Source: the human T2T-CHM13v2.0 reference genome, Homo sapiens. From it: DNA of 64,000 bases. Below, in pieces: positions 62,150 through 64,000 of this stretch (the stretch's first letter is position 1; each line of letters opens with the position of its first letter). The stretch lies in NCBI RefSeq assembly GCF_009914755.1, contig NC_060925.1, one strand, 5' to 3'. The notes below the pieces were generated by a model. It was not told where the DNA came from and searched no databases. It saw only the letters and a list, made by a program, of their open reading frames with translations. The translations under genes were made by a program, and so were the position numbers.

Positions 62150-63360
62150 ATATTAAAATAACAAATATATTCTAAGGGTATTGTTAACAACTTGATGCCA
62201 CTAAATGTGATAATATAGACAAAATAGAAAATTTCTTAAAAAACAATTACCAAAACAGAAAATTTGAATAAGCCTAACTCTATTAAAGAAATGAACCCTT
62301 TATTTAAAACTTTCCCATAGGGGCTGGGCACAGTGGCTCACGCCTATAAACCAGCACTCTGGGAAGTCGAGGTGGGAGGATTGCTTGAGCTCAGGAGTTC
62401 AAGATCAGCCTAGGCAACATAGCGAGACCTCATCTCTACTAAAAATAAAAAAAAGTTAGCAGGGCGTAGTGGCGTGCACCTGTAGTCCCAGCTACTTGCA
62501 AAGGCTGAGGCGGGAAAATCGCCTGAGTCCAGGAAATCAAGGCTACAGTCAGCTGTGATCACGCCACTGTACTCCAGCATGGGCAACGAAGTAAGACTCA
62601 AAAATAAAAAACAAAACCTTCCCACAAGGAACACTGTAAACCCAGATGACTTGATTGGTGAACTCTTCCAATCATTTAAGGAGGAAATAACCCAAATCTT
62701 ACACAAATTCTTACAGAAATAGACATGTAGAGAACACTCGCAATTCATATAACCTTAATTCACAAAGCTGACCAGCATATTACAAGAAGGGAAAATTATA
62801 AGCCAATTTCTTTCATGAATGTGGTAGGAATTCTAAACTAAATAATAGTGAATATGTTTAAAAATCTATATAAAAAGATGGTACATCTTGACCAAGTTGA
62901 GCTTGTCCCAAGAATTCAGTGTTGCTTTATCATTCAAAAATTATTCAATGTAATTCACCTTCCTGACAGAAAAAAGGAGAAAAGCAATCATCTCAATATA
63001 TGGGGAAGAATAGCATGTGATAAAGTTCAACATACACTAATGATTAAAAAACAACAACGAGAAACTCTCTTAGCCTATTTTCTATAGGAACAGAAGGGAA
63101 TTGCTTTAATTTGATGAGTGGTATCTGCATAAATCTTACAACAAACATTACACTTAATGAAAAAATGCTGAAAGCATTCTCTTTGATGGTAGGATTACAG
63201 AGAATGAAAACTTACTATCATCACTGCTTTTCAGCATGTCCTAGAGATTCCTAGCCAAAGCATTAAGTCAAGAAAAGAAATAAAAATTGGAAGGATAGGA
63301 AAGAAGAAATAAAATTCTCATTTTACAGATGACATGATTCTGTGTGAACAGTAATACATT
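62150..63360 (+). mobile_element. Ancient L1M ORF2 fragment containing an Alu
   Basis: Degenerate RT-region peptides (HLDQVELVPRIQCCFIIQK, ACDKVQHTLMIK) and A-rich composition. Confidence 0.7.
62322..62617 (+). mobile_element. AluJ
   Basis: Full dimer. Confidence 0.9.
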
Positions 63361-63364
63361 TACA

Positions 63365-64000
63365 AACACAATAGTCCCGTTATCCATGGAAGATACATTT
63401 CTTTTTTTTTTTTCTTTTTTTTTGAGACCTAGTTTCACTCTTGTCACCCAGGCTGGAGTGCAGTGGTGCATTCTCAGCTTACTGCAACCTTGGCCTCCAA
63501 GTTAAAGTGATTCTCTTGTCTCAGCCTCCTGAGTAGCTGGGATTACAGGTGCCCACCAGCACATCTGGCTAATTTTTGTATTTTTAGTAGAGACAGGGTT
63601 CCAGCATGTTGGTCAGGTTGGTCTCCTACTCCTGACCTCAGGTGATCCTCCCACCATGGCCTCCCAAAGTGCTGGGATTATAGGCGTGACCCACCACACA
63701 ATACCTTTCAAGACTTCCAGTGGATGACTGAACCTACAGATAGTACAGAACCCTATATAAATACTATTTTTTCCTATAAATACATATCTACACTGAAGTT
63801 TAATTTATAATTAGGCACAGTAAGAGATTAACAATAATACTAATAATTAATAATAAAATAGAACAGTTATAACAAAATGCCAGCATCACTACTCTTGCAC
63901 TTTGGGGCCATTATTAAGTAGAATAAGGATTACTTGAACATAAACACCGTGATATCACAACAGTGCATGATTTGCATCTCAGGAGGGACAGAATGGAACA
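63365..64000. mobile_element. MER44/Tigger7-like DNA transposon interrupted by an Alu
   Basis: agtcccgttatccatgg start; aagtttaatttataattaggcacagtaagagattaacaataat; gcatcactactcttgcactttggggccattattaag. Confidence 0.75.
63402..63700 (-). mobile_element. AluS
   Basis: Full dimer inside MER44. Confidence 0.9.

Overview
Human (hominoid; contains an SVA and young Alus) genomic DNA lying entirely inside PPP1R12B (MYPT2, myosin phosphatase targeting subunit 2) on the + strand. Ten consecutive coding exons (about exons 4-13: ankyrin repeats, acidic tract, Ser/Thr-rich centre) and a 183-nt in-frame cassette exon occupy 1.6-25.3 kb. All have GT-AG boundaries and compatible phases. The remaining ~38.7 kb is one large intron. 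Introns carry a sense FKBP8 processed pseudogene, an antisense RPS27 retrocopy with an intact ORF, an SVA nested in an L1, several L1s, about 28 Alus, MLT1/LTR10 pieces and MER/Charlie/Tigger DNA transposons. The most interesting signals: (1) the gene may be split into complementary halves, with N-terminal isoforms ending by intronic polyadenylation in or near the FKBP8 retrocopy and C-terminal isoforms starting from intronic promoters; (2) a candidate TATA-driven first exon encoding MQACSRR in exactly the phase of the next exon, plus a GATA/NKX2-5/TBX cardiac-type promoter; (3) several small retrotransposition and repair scars. Exon numbers and repeat subfamilies come from recognition, not from a search. 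Repeat boundaries are approximate unless target-site duplications (TSDs) are given.
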